This document shows positions 11,328-22,083 of a stretch of DNA of 64,000 nucleotides, in pieces. Source of the DNA: Nitrosopumilus sp. (GTDB lineage: Archaea; Thermoproteota; Nitrososphaeria; Nitrososphaerales; Nitrosopumilaceae); contig OZ243974.1 of the NCBI GenBank assembly GCA_965214775.1, forward strand, positions 448,001 through 512,000, written 5' to 3'. The position numbers were made by a program, and so were the translations under genes. Each line of letters starts with the position of its first letter. The first letter of the stretch is position 1. The notes under the pieces were generated by a model, which did not search any database, was not told the DNA's origin, and saw only the letters and a list, made by a program, of their open reading frames with translations.

Positions 11328-13194
11328 CCTCTTTCTTCTGCCTCTCCTCTGCATTTGGCTTGTTTTCAGTCGTAAGCTGCTCTTCTAAAATTTTCTTATA
11401 ATTAGGTTCCTTCTCCCTGCCTGCAAGCTCGGTACAGAACTCTGCGATCATTGGGACGTACTTTGCATACAGATTGGCCCTCTTCCTTGCCATTTCAGCC
11501 TGGCCTCTTTTTGACATGTATGCGGCCAGTTTTCTTGACAGGTATTGCAAAGCCAGGCGCAGTTCTCTTTCAATCTCCTGCCTGTCTGCGACATTTTCTT
11601 TTCCGGCAGTCTTGTACGGAATTCTGGTAGAGCAGATGTGCGAAACAATGACAAACGGAGGTTCGCCTTTGATTTTATAGCGGCCCCAATCCGTATCGCG
11701 GACCACCTTGAGAACTACGTCGCTGCCTTCATCGTACAGCAGTGGGATTCTGTTTGCGTATCGATACACGTGCGGTCCTCCAGGCCTGATGTCTCCGCCA
11801 TATGCAATTCCCATTTCAATGACAAAGGGAAAACCAGAGTATGCAGAGGCCGGGCGCTGAACCACAGCGGCAAAATCAGGATTGAAGAATTTTCTGATTC
11901 CCTTTTCTAGCGGGATCTCGCCCAGAGGGGCCAAGCAGCTTGGATCCGGTGCAAGAAAATCATCGTATCTCTGAAGAGAGTCGCTGAGATTGACCAGTTC
12001 CTGGTTTGTCATGGCTCCCATTCTTTTTTCGGGTTTGAATCCTGCAAATTCAGCAAACTTTACTGCTGTTGTCGCGCCTACCCGTTGGAATCGCTTTGTA
12101 AGAAACGTGTTTAGCTGTTCTCCTTGGACAGTATTTGTCAGTTGTTTGTAGTATTGACTGTCAGGATCCATGTCTACGGATTTTGATTGCGAGTCACCAA
12201 AATCCCAATAATACAGTTTTTTGTTTGGAACGTCAAGATCCTCTATTCTAATTTTGTTCAATTTGTCAAAATCCATTCTAAGAAAGGACATCAGTGCAAT
12301 AACAACGCGAACTTGTCTGGAAAGATTCCTCCATTTCTTCTTTGCCTTTGCCATAATTGCCGTAAAGCCAAGGTTTTGTTTTGACAGTCCCAGGTCTTTT
12401 CTGACCTTTTCTATCATTGGATCATCAATTGTAGGAATTTCAAATTGGGACTCTGCAATCATCCTTCTAATCCTTTCGACGTCAACTCCGTGTGGGTGGG
12501 GCCGGATAATTGTCGGAGGGGGAGGCATGTCTTTTACAAATCTCGGATGGGAGAATTTTTCCCCTTTTGGATCATCAAAGGTCATGGATGCATAAGGGGT
12601 AATCAACGAAGTTTCATATACATATTCACGTATTTTGATTCCGGCCTTTGAGTAGTCTCCCTCCAGACAAACGCTTACAGACAGTCCTTTTCTTGCCGCT
12701 TCTTTTGTAGTGTGTTTTACAATGACTGGCTTGTTTTTTTCAATGTCCAGCAGGATTTCAAACTGATCCTGTGTTTTTCCATCAGTGCAGCTCTTTACAA
12801 CGACAGGCTTGTTTGTGGTGATTTGGCCATAAAGTATCGCCATTGTGGCACCGAGTCCAAACATTCCCCGGGCTTGTTTTAGGCCAAATTTCGAACCGTA
12901 AAGAACCGTCCCAAAAGCCAGGGGGACGTGCTTTGCATCCACTCCGGGGCCGTTGTCCTTTACAGTCAGAATGTATGGTTTGGGGTCCGGCTTGCCAGGA
13001 TCAACTGCCTTGATTGTAAGATGAACGTCAGGCAGGATGCCCTTTTGATCACATGCATCAAGGGCATTTTCAACAAATTCCCTTACTGCAGTGTATAACG
13101 AACGAGTGGGATTGCTAAATCCTGCCAAATCACGGTTGCTGTAAAAGAACTCGCTTGGGGAAATTTGGTTGAATTTTTCCTTAATAGAAGACAT
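11302..13194 (-). CDS. top6B: DNA topoisomerase VI subunit B
   Basis: GHKL motifs EFVENALDA, DNGPG, GSKF...RGMFGLG; RYANRIPL. Confidence 0.97.
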   Translation of the reverse strand: MSSIKEKFNQISPSEFFYSNRDLAGFSNPTRSLYTAVREFVENALDACDQKGILPDVHLTIKAVDPGKPDPKPYILTVKDNGPGVDAKHVPLAFGTVLYGSKFGLKQARGMFGLGATMAILYGQITTNKPVVVKSCTDGKTQDQFEILLDIEKNKPVIVKHTTKEAARKGLSVSVCLEGDYSKAGIKIREYVYETSLITPYASMTFDDPKGEKFSHPRFVKDMPPPPTIIRPHPHGVDVERIRRMIAESQFEIPTIDDPMIEKVRKDLGLSKQNLGFTAIMAKAKKKWRNLSRQVRVVIALMSFLRMDFDKLNKIRIEDLDVPNKKLYYWDFGDSQSKSVDMDPDSQYYKQLTNTVQGEQLNTFLTKRFQRVGATTAVKFAEFAGFKPEKRMGAMTNQELVNLSDSLQRYDDFLAPDPSCLAPLGEIPLEKGIRKFFNPDFAAVVQRPASAYSGFPFVIEMGIAYGGDIRPGGPHVYRYANRIPLLYDEGSDVVLKVVRDTDWGRYKIKGEPPFVIVSHICSTRIPYKTAGKENVADRQEIERELRLALQYLSRKLAAYMSKRGQAEMARKRANLYAKYVPMIAEFCTELAGREKEPNYKKILEEQLTTENKPNAEERQKKEDEKPIEGN

Positions 13195-13756
13195 CTTTCT
13201 GATTTTCCCACAATTTCATCTTGTCTTCTTTCTCTTTTCTGTTTGCAGCCTCCAGTTTGTTGTAGACTGCGCCATGCATGCTTCCGTTTGAAATTGAAGA
13301 TATTGCATCAGCTGCAAGACGCAATTTTCTTGCATCGCCAATAATTGAAACTGTTTTGCCATAAACCGAAATGTGTGTACCGCTAAGATTTTCCATGTTT
13401 CTTCTTGCCCTACCCCCTTCTCCAATAATTCTCCCTTTTATCCTTTCGACATTTGCATTTGATTTTCCGGCAAACTCCCTAAGATCTATCACATGCAATG
13501 TATTTTCCCCCTTTAGCAGGGTCATGGCATTTTCAGGCGAAAAACCCCTGCCAACAGCTGTGACAATTTCCATTGCCTTGAAAGGTTCTGTCTTTTCGAC
13601 AGAGCCGGCTGATCTTATCAGTACCTCCCCGGTTTCCCCGTCGATATCCAGAGAGACACGGCACATAGATTGAATTTTTGATTTTACATTGCCTGATTTC
13701 CCAATGAGGACTGCTATTCGATCATTTGGGATTCTAATCAACTTCTCAAAGCTCAT
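13181..13756 (-). CDS. KH-domain pre-rRNA processing protein (Dim2/Pno1)
   Basis: LIGKSG, GRGFSPE, RIKGRIIG..G KH motifs. Confidence 0.92.
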   Translation of the reverse strand: MSFEKLIRIPNDRIAVLIGKSGNVKSKIQSMCRVSLDIDGETGEVLIRSAGSVEKTEPFKAMEIVTAVGRGFSPENAMTLLKGENTLHVIDLREFAGKSNANVERIKGRIIGEGGRARRNMENLSGTHISVYGKTVSIIGDARKLRLAADAISSISNGSMHGAVYNKLEAANRKEKEDKMKLWENQKDVFY

Positions 13757-14535
13757 TTTGCAATTTCCTCATAGACTTCATCTGGATCCCTTACGGAGAT
13801 GCCCCTTTTATTGAAGAACCGGGTTATGTTGCTAATATCCCTTTTAAGAAGATTCTGAGAGTTTGGATGCCTCAAATCAACTGCAGAGCCCAAATCAAAG
13901 ACGACCAGTCGGCCATCTGTCTTGAAGACATTGTATTGAGAATAGTCCCCATGGACCAGTCTTGCCTTTTGATAAAGATCTCCGATGATGGATATTGACT
14001 GCAGATAATCATTATAGTCTACCTGGGATTCCAGCAGTGTTTTTGACGGCGACCCGCCGTCGCTTCCAATGAAATCCATGGCCAGGACATTGTTTGCAAC
14101 CAGAATGGGCTTGGGAACAGGAATGCCGGCATCATAGCACTGAGAGAGGTTGCGGAACTCCTTTTTGGCCCAGAGATAAACGAGGTTTTTTGTACCTTTT
14201 TTTACGTTTGAGAACCTAGGATCACCCAGGATGTAGGGCTCTCGTTTCTTAAAATTAGAAGTGCTGACCAGGTAAATTTTCAAAGCCACGTTTTTTTGGT
14301 CGTCATCTACGCCCCAAAACAGTACGGATTCCTTTCCGGCGCTGACTGCCCCGTTCACACAAGAGATCACATGATCAGCAATCATCTTGTATAGCGTCAT
14401 AACGGTCGGCTTGTCTAGGACCTCATTGACAACCTTGCCTTTTTTAAATCCGTCATCAAGCTGTCTTCTTTTTGATTTGGAGTATAGTTTCCTGTCTATT
14501 TTTGATTCCAGGTTGCGGCTTAGTTCATCAGACAT
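13753..14535 (-). CDS. rio1: RIO1 family serine protein kinase
   Basis: SAGKES, WAKKEFRNL, LVHGDYS.YN, FDLGSAV. Confidence 0.93.
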   Translation of the reverse strand: MSDELSRNLESKIDRKLYSKSKRRQLDDGFKKGKVVNEVLDKPTVMTLYKMIADHVISCVNGAVSAGKESVLFWGVDDDQKNVALKIYLVSTSNFKKREPYILGDPRFSNVKKGTKNLVYLWAKKEFRNLSQCYDAGIPVPKPILVANNVLAMDFIGSDGGSPSKTLLESQVDYNDYLQSISIIGDLYQKARLVHGDYSQYNVFKTDGRLVVFDLGSAVDLRHPNSQNLLKRDISNITRFFNKRGISVRDPDEVYEEIAK

Positions 14536-14591
14536 TTTGCAAAGCCCCCACCGGCAAAAAATTGTTCTTGGAAAAAACATTGTATGCCATG

Positions 14592-14888
14592 TCACATTTT
14601 AAAGACGATTAAAAATGGCACGTCTGAAATGGTTTTTACGCCGTTCTCAGAACCAATTCCAAGTTCCAGCGATAATGAGACAGTTTCTTTTCCAACCATG
14701 TTGATGATAGAAGAATTTTGCAGCAGTGTCTTTGCCTCCTCTCGATCAACAAGTTTTTGGCCATAGTAGCTTTCACTGATATGTATGTTCAGTTCCCCCT
14801 CGGTGATGTTTTGTCCCAGCAATTCGGCGTCACAGATGTTTAGCATCGGGTTTTTTTGATAGTCAGTAATTCTTGCAGAGAATTGCAT
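14592..14888 (-). CDS. DUF424 family protein
   Basis: ICDAELLG...YYG...INMVGKETV pattern; usual neighbour of aIF2-beta. Confidence 0.85.
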   Translation of the reverse strand: MQFSARITDYQKNPMLNICDAELLGQNITEGELNIHISESYYGQKLVDREEAKTLLQNSSIINMVGKETVSLSLELGIGSENGVKTISDVPFLIVFKM

Positions 14889-15319
14889 TATGCATATTTA
14901 CCTTTAAGGGTGGATTTTGCACCACATGCCTCACAGATTAAAAACGAAATTCTGTTTTCCTTTTCAATTTTGGTGTCGGGGCTTTTGCATGTAGGGCACT
15001 CTAGATAATCCTTAACATAAATTTGAAACAGTCTTGTAAAATCATCAGGTGCGCGTTTTCCGATAAACATTGCCTTGTCACCCAATCTTTCGGCGGGAAC
15101 GGCGAATTCTTTTGACAGGTATTGAAGAACTTTGTCAGGATCCCTTCTTAGAACTTTGGGAAATTCAGAAAAGTTACGCAGGAATGTCTTTTGGCCTTCC
15201 CACATGACATCAACTACCGGAAGTTCAAATCTGGCGGAGGGATCCTTTTTGGTCTCTCCCAGCTTGTCCTGGATTCGCTTAAGCAAACTCTCATATTCTG
15301 CCTTTGTCAATACAACCAA
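14888..15319 (-). CDS. Translation initiation factor aIF-2 beta subunit
   Basis: RFELP, NFSE..LRRDP, CPTCKSPDT...CEACGA zinc finger. Confidence 0.95.
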   Translation of the reverse strand: MVVLTKAEYESLLKRIQDKLGETKKDPSARFELPVVDVMWEGQKTFLRNFSEFPKVLRRDPDKVLQYLSKEFAVPAERLGDKAMFIGKRAPDDFTRLFQIYVKDYLECPTCKSPDTKIEKENRISFLICEACGAKSTLKGKYA

Positions 15320-15383
15320 GTATACACTAGACCCTATATGGGTTTTGAAAAAGAGAAATCGTGTGGACTTCTGTTAATAATGG

Positions 15384-15530
15384 CTATTCCACTTTTCCTA
15401 TTCGGAAAACATTAGTTCCACATTCTGGACATGTGCCTTTTACGGCCGGACGTCCGTTTTTCAGTTTAGTTTCTTTGGGATCTTTTACTTCCCTTTTAGC
15501 CCTGCATTTTACGCAATACGCTTCAACCAT
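15384..15530 (-). CDS. Small zinc-ribbon protein, DUF5679/Cren7-like (below ORF track cutoff)
   Basis: Manual translation MVEAYCVKCRAKREVKDPKETKLKNGRPAVKGTCPECGTNVFRIGKVE. Confidence 0.85.
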   Translation of the reverse strand: MVEAYCVKCRAKREVKDPKETKLKNGRPAVKGTCPECGTNVFRIGKVE

Positions 15531-15777
15531 TCTAAAAATTCTCAAACTTTGTGGTATTTAGGAGGAGCCTGTAAAAATTATTTCACCATAAACTAGATGC
15601 AGATGAATTTTTTCAGACGTCAAAAGATCAAAAATGGTAAATATTATACGTAAAATCAAAAATTTAAGAAAAATTTTTATGTAAAATATTGAAAATACGG
15701 TAATTTTCAGGGATTTGATCATCTGAAGCGATTTCTTGAGACCACAAGTTATAAGCCAGAAATGCCAAAAGCCAGAA

Positions 15778-16278
15778 ATGGCTTCAAAAAAGGGGATAGC
15801 AGTCACTGCAATAGTTTTAGCGGCAATCACAGGAGGTAGTTTTCTTGTATGGCTTGTTCCAGCAGACAACCAGACAACGTTTGTTGTTTCAGACTATGAG
15901 GGTTATCTTGACGGAGTCAAGAATATTCACGAAGTTCTAGAAGAGTCTGTCGAGATGGATTATCACAGCCTCAGAAACGGGGAGATTTCTCCAAGAGACT
16001 ATAACGTTCTTGCCGATGTAACGTCATCCCAGGTTACGGCACAGATAAGCGAGTTTGTCACATCCAAACCGCCAGAAGAATGGCAGGGCAGTTACATCAG
16101 CTATATGGAAGCAATGAAAAAATTCAACGAATACGTAGGAGAAACCAGGGTTCTAGCGTCAATGATCGAAAACGGCGATTCCGAAGATGAGATGAATCAA
16201 GTGGTTCAGAAAATTGAAGAGTTGAAAAAAGAGTCGCAGGAATTGATCAGGTCATCAGACGAGTCCAGGCCAAGATAG
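15778..16278 (+). CDS. Hypothetical membrane-anchored helical protein
   Basis: MASKKG plus hydrophobic N-terminal helix. Confidence 0.7.
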   Translation: MASKKGIAVTAIVLAAITGGSFLVWLVPADNQTTFVVSDYEGYLDGVKNIHEVLEESVEMDYHSLRNGEISPRDYNVLADVTSSQVTAQISEFVTSKPPEEWQGSYISYMEAMKKFNEYVGETRVLASMIENGDSEDEMNQVVQKIEELKKESQELIRSSDESRPR

Positions 16279-16353
16279 CCTCAAATCCGAATTTTACTAG
16301 CCACAATAGTTGGAAATCGTTAAAAGGTGATTTTGTGATAAAGATAACAGGAC

Positions 16354-17499
16354 ATGTCTCAAAGATCTGACAAGGTGGAAAAAGACGTCAACGTCTCGAC
16401 TGCCAACAGACTGCTGGTAATTTGCATAGACAGGGATAATGACGTAGGCGAGAAGGCCGGAATTGTCACACCAGTCATAGGCAGGGACGCATGCATCGAG
16501 GCCGCACAGAGATTGGCCCTGGAAGATCCGGAGGACGCAGATTCAAATTCAATTTTTTCTGCAATAAAGACATACGAGGATCTTATCAGCAAGGGCTACC
16601 AGGTAGAGGTAGTTACAGTTGCAGGGGTCAAGGACAGGGGGGTTCAGGCAGACGAGAAGATTTTAAGTGATACAAAAAAGGTGCTGGAGGAGTTTTCTGC
16701 CAATGGCGCAGTGATTGTATCTGACGGGGAGGACGACGAGAGCGTTATTCCGGTAATTCAAAACGTGCTGCCAGTAGTCTCAGTTCAACGCGTAGTCATG
16801 AAGGTAAGCAGGAGCGTCGAGTATTCCTATGCAGTTTTTGGCAAATACCTGAAGATGGTCGCATATGACTCAAAATATTCCAAGTTCTTTTTAGGAGTTC
16901 CAGGAATTCTTTTGTTGATAGGCGGGATAGCTACAGTGTTTGGATATACTGCAGAAATTTTTGCAGTGCTTGTCAGCATTTTGGGCGGTGCATTTGTGAT
17001 AAGAGCCTTTGACATAGACAGGGCTTGGTCAAGCTGGTCAAAACCAACGCCGATGGGATTCATCAGAATTTTCACAATGGTTGCAGGAGTGTTGCTTATG
17101 CTGTCATCTGTTCCGGCCGGAGTCAGTACGGTGGATCCTGCACTGTTGGAAGCTGACACGGAATTGATTGGAAAGATTTCAGACAAGGTAATCATCGGAC
17201 AGTTTGTTGCAGGAGCTCTGCCAATCCTGTGGATTGGAATGGGTTCAATCTTTGCCGGAACGCTTCTAAGTAACTGGATTGGAGGGATTCCAAGGCAGAT
17301 CAGCGACATCTTGAGAATTGTCGTGTTAGCTTCGCTGTATCCTACAATTGCACAGTTTACCAGCATCATGATTTACGAAGAGAGTTCATTTACACTGATT
17401 CCGCCACTCCTGGGAGGACTGGCAGCGACCTTGGTATCGGCGACCATTCTCTTCAAAAAATACAGAAGAAACAGGGATCAAGAGATGGTTTCAGATTAA
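16354..17499 (+). CDS. DUF373 family membrane protein
   Basis: LVICIDRDND.G.K, DPEDADSN, VSDGEDDE; multiple TM helices. Confidence 0.9.
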   Translation: MSQRSDKVEKDVNVSTANRLLVICIDRDNDVGEKAGIVTPVIGRDACIEAAQRLALEDPEDADSNSIFSAIKTYEDLISKGYQVEVVTVAGVKDRGVQADEKILSDTKKVLEEFSANGAVIVSDGEDDESVIPVIQNVLPVVSVQRVVMKVSRSVEYSYAVFGKYLKMVAYDSKYSKFFLGVPGILLLIGGIATVFGYTAEIFAVLVSILGGAFVIRAFDIDRAWSSWSKPTPMGFIRIFTMVAGVLLMLSSVPAGVSTVDPALLEADTELIGKISDKVIIGQFVAGALPILWIGMGSIFAGTLLSNWIGGIPRQISDILRIVVLASLYPTIAQFTSIMIYEESSFTLIPPLLGGLAATLVSATILFKKYRRNRDQEMVSD

Positions 17500-17571
17500 A
17501 TTTTTAAAATCTGCCAGATCATCATTGAAAAACACTGATATTTCTAGGCACGTACCTACCTAAGGGTAGAG

Positions 17572-18363
17572 ATGAACAGGATAAAAGACGTTTTTTTTCA
17601 CTTGTCAGGACTGTACAAAATCTACGGAAAAAGGCTTGAAAACGAGATCAGGGGCGGGGACATTCCCAACCATGTAGCGTTAATTCTTGACGGAAACAGA
17701 AGATGGGCCAAAAGGCACCTTACAATGCCAAAAGAGGGGCACTGGAAGGGCGCCGATGCAGTAGAGAGCCTGCTGGACTGGTGTGAGGAATTTGACATCA
17801 AAATTGTCACCCTGTACGCATTATCAGCTGAAAATCTAGGCAGAAATGACGATGAGATGGATTACCTGTATGAGCTGATCAGATTAAGATTAGAGAAATT
17901 ATACAACGATCCTAGAATCCACAGAGACCAGATGAGGGTAAAAGGAATTGGGAGAATTGAACTGCTCCCAGATTCCATCAGAGCAGTTTTACAAAGGTTG
18001 GATGACGCAACAAAGGACTATAGCAATCGTTTTCTAAATATCGCACTGGCATATGGCGGGCAGTACGAACTGGTTGACGCAGTTAAAAAAATCGGGGAAA
18101 AAATCAAGAAAGGATCCTTGGACATAGATGAAATTAGCAAGAAGGAGATTGAATCAAACCTGTACACGTCACATCTGCCGCAGTCATCGCCAGACATGAT
18201 ATTGCGCACATCGGGCGAAAAAAGACTGAGCGGGTTTCTAATGTGGCAAAGTGCATACAGCGAATTGGTTTTCATGGATATCTTCTGGCCCGAGTTCAGA
18301 AAGATAGATCTGATGCGGGCAATCAGGACGTTTCAGCAGAGAAAAAGAAGGCTGGGCAGATGA
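17572..18363 (+). CDS. uppS: Polyprenyl (undecaprenyl-type) diphosphate synthase
   Basis: HVALILDGNRRWA, LSAEN, YGG, RTSGEKRLSGFLMWQ. Confidence 0.96.
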   Translation: MNRIKDVFFHLSGLYKIYGKRLENEIRGGDIPNHVALILDGNRRWAKRHLTMPKEGHWKGADAVESLLDWCEEFDIKIVTLYALSAENLGRNDDEMDYLYELIRLRLEKLYNDPRIHRDQMRVKGIGRIELLPDSIRAVLQRLDDATKDYSNRFLNIALAYGGQYELVDAVKKIGEKIKKGSLDIDEISKKEIESNLYTSHLPQSSPDMILRTSGEKRLSGFLMWQSAYSELVFMDIFWPEFRKIDLMRAIRTFQQRKRRLGR

Positions 18364-18779
18364 TCAGAGAGACGTCGGCAGGAATCGTGCTGTTTAGAAG
18401 AGAGGGTGACAGGAATCAGTTTTTGTTACTGCATTATCCGTCTGGACATTGGGATTTTGTTAAAGGAAAAATGGAATCAGGCGAATCTGCCCGCGAAACG
18501 GCGATAAGGGAAGCTAGGGAAGAGACAGGGATTGCAGACATTGCATTTTTGGATAATTTCGAAGAGTGGATAGAGTATGATTTTCAATTCCGAGGGGAGC
18601 TGGTGCGCAAGAAGGTGGTATTCTTTCTAGCTGAAACCGGCACTGCAAACATAGAAATTTCTCACGAACACTTGGGCTATACCTGGATGGATTACAATGC
18701 GGCAATGGAAAAAACGACATTTGACAACGCAAAAACCGTGCTGGCCAAGGCACAGACGCTACTTGCCCAGGCTTTGTAA
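18360..18779 (+). CDS. NUDIX hydrolase (Ap4A hydrolase-like)
   Basis: WDFVKGKMESGESARETAIREAREETG Nudix box; SHEH. Confidence 0.9.
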   Translation: MIRETSAGIVLFRREGDRNQFLLLHYPSGHWDFVKGKMESGESARETAIREAREETGIADIAFLDNFEEWIEYDFQFRGELVRKKVVFFLAETGTANIEISHEHLGYTWMDYNAAMEKTTFDNAKTVLAKAQTLLAQAL

Positions 18780-19505
18780 TTGCAGGGTTTTTGCCGTCCC
18801 CTTTGGATTTTTTGCATTCAGAATGGTTCTGCCGACAATCAGAAAGTCAGTCCCCAAAGAGATCGCTTCTGAAGCATCTCCGCCCTGAGTGCCAACCCCC
18901 GGGGAGTAGATGGCCAGTTTTTTGCCCGCAAGTTTTGAGCAATATTGAATGATTTCCGGGAATGTGGCTCCGACAACAATTCCGTCTGCCTTGGATTCCA
19001 AGGCCCAGTCCAAAAACAGCTGGTAAAGCTGCTGTTGCTTCTTCTCTCTCGTTTTTACCTCCATGCCATAAGACAGTCGGGCCTCAGGGGCGCTCATATG
19101 GCATAGCGTGATGACCCCCTTGCTGTTTTTATGGGCAGATTTGACAAGATTTTTCAGACTGTCCAATCCCATTATGGGATTTGCGATAACGGCGTCAAAT
19201 CCCAGCCGCCACAGATACTCAATTGCCGCCTGATTTGTGTCTCCTATGTCATTGAGCTTGATATCGGCGATTGTTTGCAGTCCAAACCGGTGGGCAGTTT
19301 CTGTGATCTTTGAAATTTGTTTGCCGCTTAACGGCAAAAGCAGATGAAGGTTTAGCTTTATTGCACAAAGGTGGGGGTGCAATTGCTCAATGTTTTTGAT
19401 GGTTTTTGATTCCAGGTTTTTGACAGACGGGCCATAATCGTTTGCAAGAATTGCCTTGCCGTTTGTCCTGGAGATCCTTGAAATTCTAGTTTTGAAGGTG
19501 GGCAT
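18759..19505 (-). CDS. pyrF: Orotidine 5'-phosphate decarboxylase
   Basis: DIKLNDIGDT, SPGVGTQGG, IVGR. Confidence 0.93.
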   Translation of the reverse strand: MPTFKTRISRISRTNGKAILANDYGPSVKNLESKTIKNIEQLHPHLCAIKLNLHLLLPLSGKQISKITETAHRFGLQTIADIKLNDIGDTNQAAIEYLWRLGFDAVIANPIMGLDSLKNLVKSAHKNSKGVITLCHMSAPEARLSYGMEVKTREKKQQQLYQLFLDWALESKADGIVVGATFPEIIQYCSKLAGKKLAIYSPGVGTQGGDASEAISLGTDFLIVGRTILNAKNPKGTAKTLQLQSLGK

Positions 19506-20181
19506 AATCGACTAATGGGTGGGTCTCTTTTAATTTTATAATTTTTACATAGGAATAGCCGTGTTCGGAGGGATTTTCAACAAAAACAGGCTCAGAATCA
19601 TTAGAAAGGGAGAATTTCAGGAAGGGCTTTGCCGGATCGCTGTCTAAAACAACATGGCAAAAATAGGAGGTTCCCTCCTCATGAAAGTTCATAAAAACCC
19701 CCAGCAGCCACTTTTCCGAATGAGGAAACAGGAATAGGGGGAATGGAACCTCGTCAAAGCCCCAGGTTAGTTTTGCCAGGCTGAACATATCTTCCAACTC
19801 AATTGGCTGGTATCGATCCATGGTTCCGTTTCCAGGCCTTAATGTTTTTGGAAGCGACTTTATCCTAACAATCGGAGAGTACAGTCTGCTGGAATCGGAA
19901 GTCGAGTTTACTATTTCAGACTCCTCCTTTCCGCCTTTTAGTCCATAGCACAAGTAGTGGCCATTGCTCTCCAAAGTGGTATAGTACACAATCGGCTTTT
20001 CTTTTAGCACATCCATCTGAACCGAAAGAATTTTTCTCCCGTCATGATCGTGCAAAAAGGAGACTCTCGGTGCGCGCTCAAGGGCACAAACGAGCCTAGA
20101 AAACTCCAGCGTGGAATTGACCTGGATGTAGCGGGGCAGCTTGTCAGAAGAACCTTGAATTTTATCCACGTATGTGCTCAA
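19486..20181 (-). CDS. Hypothetical protein
   Basis: 231-aa ORF between purA and pyrF. Confidence 0.75.
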   Translation of the reverse strand: MSTYVDKIQGSSDKLPRYIQVNSTLEFSRLVCALERAPRVSFLHDHDGRKILSVQMDVLKEKPIVYYTTLESNGHYLCYGLKGGKEESEIVNSTSDSSRLYSPIVRIKSLPKTLRPGNGTMDRYQPIELEDMFSLAKLTWGFDEVPFPLFLFPHSEKWLLGVFMNFHEEGTSYFCHVVLDSDPAKPFLKFSLSNDSEPVFVENPSEHGYSYVKIIKLKETHPLVDYAHLQN

Positions 20182-20217
20182 TGTCTTGTCAAATTAAACC
20201 TATCCAAAAAAAGGAGC

Positions 20218-21219
20218 CTAGCCTCGTCTGTCAATAACATCGTTGACTGCCGGGCCGGTACCAATGATTGTCACAGGCGTGCCAAGTTTCTCTTCAATGT
20301 TTTCGATAAAGGATTTTGCCTCATCAGGCAATTCATCATAAGATGTCTTGCCTGCACAGCCTGTAAAAAGAACGTCAAGTTTTGTAATCGAGATTTGCGT
20401 TGCTCCATTAAGCATGATGGCACGCCTGGCCAGGTCAAAATCAAAGTCAGCTGCACGCCTTTGCCTTCCCGTAACAGTTCCAAATTCTGACCAACCCTTC
20501 CTCTCAGCCTCCTCAAGAGACAGTTCGTTTTGCAGTGGCCCCGTGCCTACACGCGTAACGTACGATTTGAAGACCACCATTACCTCATCGACTTTTGTAG
20601 GCCCCAATCCGATATCGGCGCAAATTCCAGAGGCAGTCACATCTTTGGATGTGACAAAGGGGTAGGTTCCGTGCCAAAGGGATAGAAAGGTGCCTTGCGT
20701 GCCCTCAACTAGGACGTTTTCATTGGCCTCCAAGGCAGAATTGATTTCTTTGGGAACATCCACAATCAGCGAAGAGATCGAATCAAAGTCTTTGGCCAGT
20801 TTCAAGACCCTCATAGCCCGATCTGAATTTGCAGGACCGGTTCCAGAACCTGTGCTTCCGATTTTTTCTTTTAATTGGCCCTTGGAGTCTCTAGCAAGAT
20901 GAGATTCCTCGATGATTCCACAGTGCCTGTCTATAAAAGAACGGCCGGCAGCATCAAAGTCCCTGATCTCCCTTTTTAACAGTTCAGGATTGATGACGAC
21001 GCCGGGTCCGATCATGACTTTGGCATTTTTGTTCAAGAAACCGCTTGGCAGCATTCTGACTTTGTAGACTTTGCGGCCATCCCTTATTGTATGGCCGGCA
21101 TTTGGTCCTGCGCCACCACGTACAATTATCTTGGGATTGTCTTTGATTGCCAGATAAGAAATGATTTTTCCTTTTCCTTCATCTCCAAAAAAGCCCCCGA
21201 CTACAACTGTTGATGCCAT
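20218..21219 (-). CDS. purA: Adenylosuccinate synthetase (short archaeal form)
   Basis: GDEGKGK, GPNAGHT, EGTQG, YPFVTS, GTVTGR, TKLD. Confidence 0.97.
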   Translation of the reverse strand: MASTVVVGGFFGDEGKGKIISYLAIKDNPKIIVRGGAGPNAGHTIRDGRKVYKVRMLPSGFLNKNAKVMIGPGVVINPELLKREIRDFDAAGRSFIDRHCGIIEESHLARDSKGQLKEKIGSTGSGTGPANSDRAMRVLKLAKDFDSISSLIVDVPKEINSALEANENVLVEGTQGTFLSLWHGTYPFVTSKDVTASGICADIGLGPTKVDEVMVVFKSYVTRVGTGPLQNELSLEEAERKGWSEFGTVTGRQRRAADFDFDLARRAIMLNGATQISITKLDVLFTGCAGKTSYDELPDEAKSFIENIEEKLGTPVTIIGTGPAVNDVIDRRG

Positions 21220-21299
21220 GATTCCCAGTCAGACCCGCGTTTATTTAAGCTAAAGTGCCGAAACGTGATTTTATATTCGGTGCAAGATACGTCTGATCG

Positions 21300-21761
21300 A
21301 TGGCCGGAGAGAATTTTGCAGGAAACATCATAGTGAATCTAGCAAGTCTGCCAGACTTTCTCAGGAACCCGATTCTGAAGAAAAGAATGACAGAGTTTTT
21401 TGCATTGTCTGATCCTGAAAAAAAAGAAATCATCAACAACGCACTAGAAGCCGGGCCGACAATTCCGTTTCCAAATTTTTCAAGACTGTTCAAAACATGG
21501 CTTGAGGTTTTGGCTGCCCTTGCCGAAGAACAAAGAGAAGGGCTGTTCTCCGAGTACATAATCGAGGTGTCTCGATCACCTCAAAAGTTGATTGCCTTTA
21601 ATTTGGACGGGATTTTGGAGATATTCCTGACGCTGGAAGAAAATGAAAGGGAAATTCTGTCAAATACAATTAAAAAGATCATCGGCAGTTTGGATGAGAA
21701 CCATAAAAGAAGGCTGATGATAGTCATCCCAGATAATGCAAAAAAGCACCTGAAATTTTAG
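21300..21761 (+). CDS. Hypothetical protein
   Basis: 153-aa ORF. Confidence 0.75.
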   Translation: MAGENFAGNIIVNLASLPDFLRNPILKKRMTEFFALSDPEKKEIINNALEAGPTIPFPNFSRLFKTWLEVLAALAEEQREGLFSEYIIEVSRSPQKLIAFNLDGILEIFLTLEENEREILSNTIKKIIGSLDENHKRRLMIVIPDNAKKHLKF

Positions 21762-22039
21762 GTGCCAGCCGGCTCGTCGGGCTTTCGGTTATCTTCGTTT
21801 GAGTAATCCACAATTTCACCGTCAGGAGACATTACTCCGGCAAAGATTTTCTCATGTTTTTTCAACAATTTTCTGTGATCAGGCATCGACATATCCAGCC
21901 TCATTTCATTCATAACCATGACCCGATACTCCTTCCATTCAGCCCAGCATTTGTTGCATACGGGGTATTTTTCTGCAACCATGTCAAGCTGTTCGGAGTC
22001 AGGAATCTCATCCTTGCATTTAGTGCATATGCGGCCCAT
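21758..22039 (-). CDS. Fe(II)-trafficking protein, YggX-like
   Basis: C..CWAEWKEYRVMVMNEMRLDM resembles the YggX W..W...Q..LINE..L motif; start refined to MGRIC. Confidence 0.75.
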   Translation of the reverse strand: MGRICTKCKDEIPDSEQLDMVAEKYPVCNKCWAEWKEYRVMVMNEMRLDMSMPDHRKLLKKHEKIFAGVMSPDGEIVDYSNEDNRKPDEPAGT

Positions 22040-22083
22040 GAAAAGTCCCTGCCAAAGACTACTTTTATCTTTTATCGATGCAA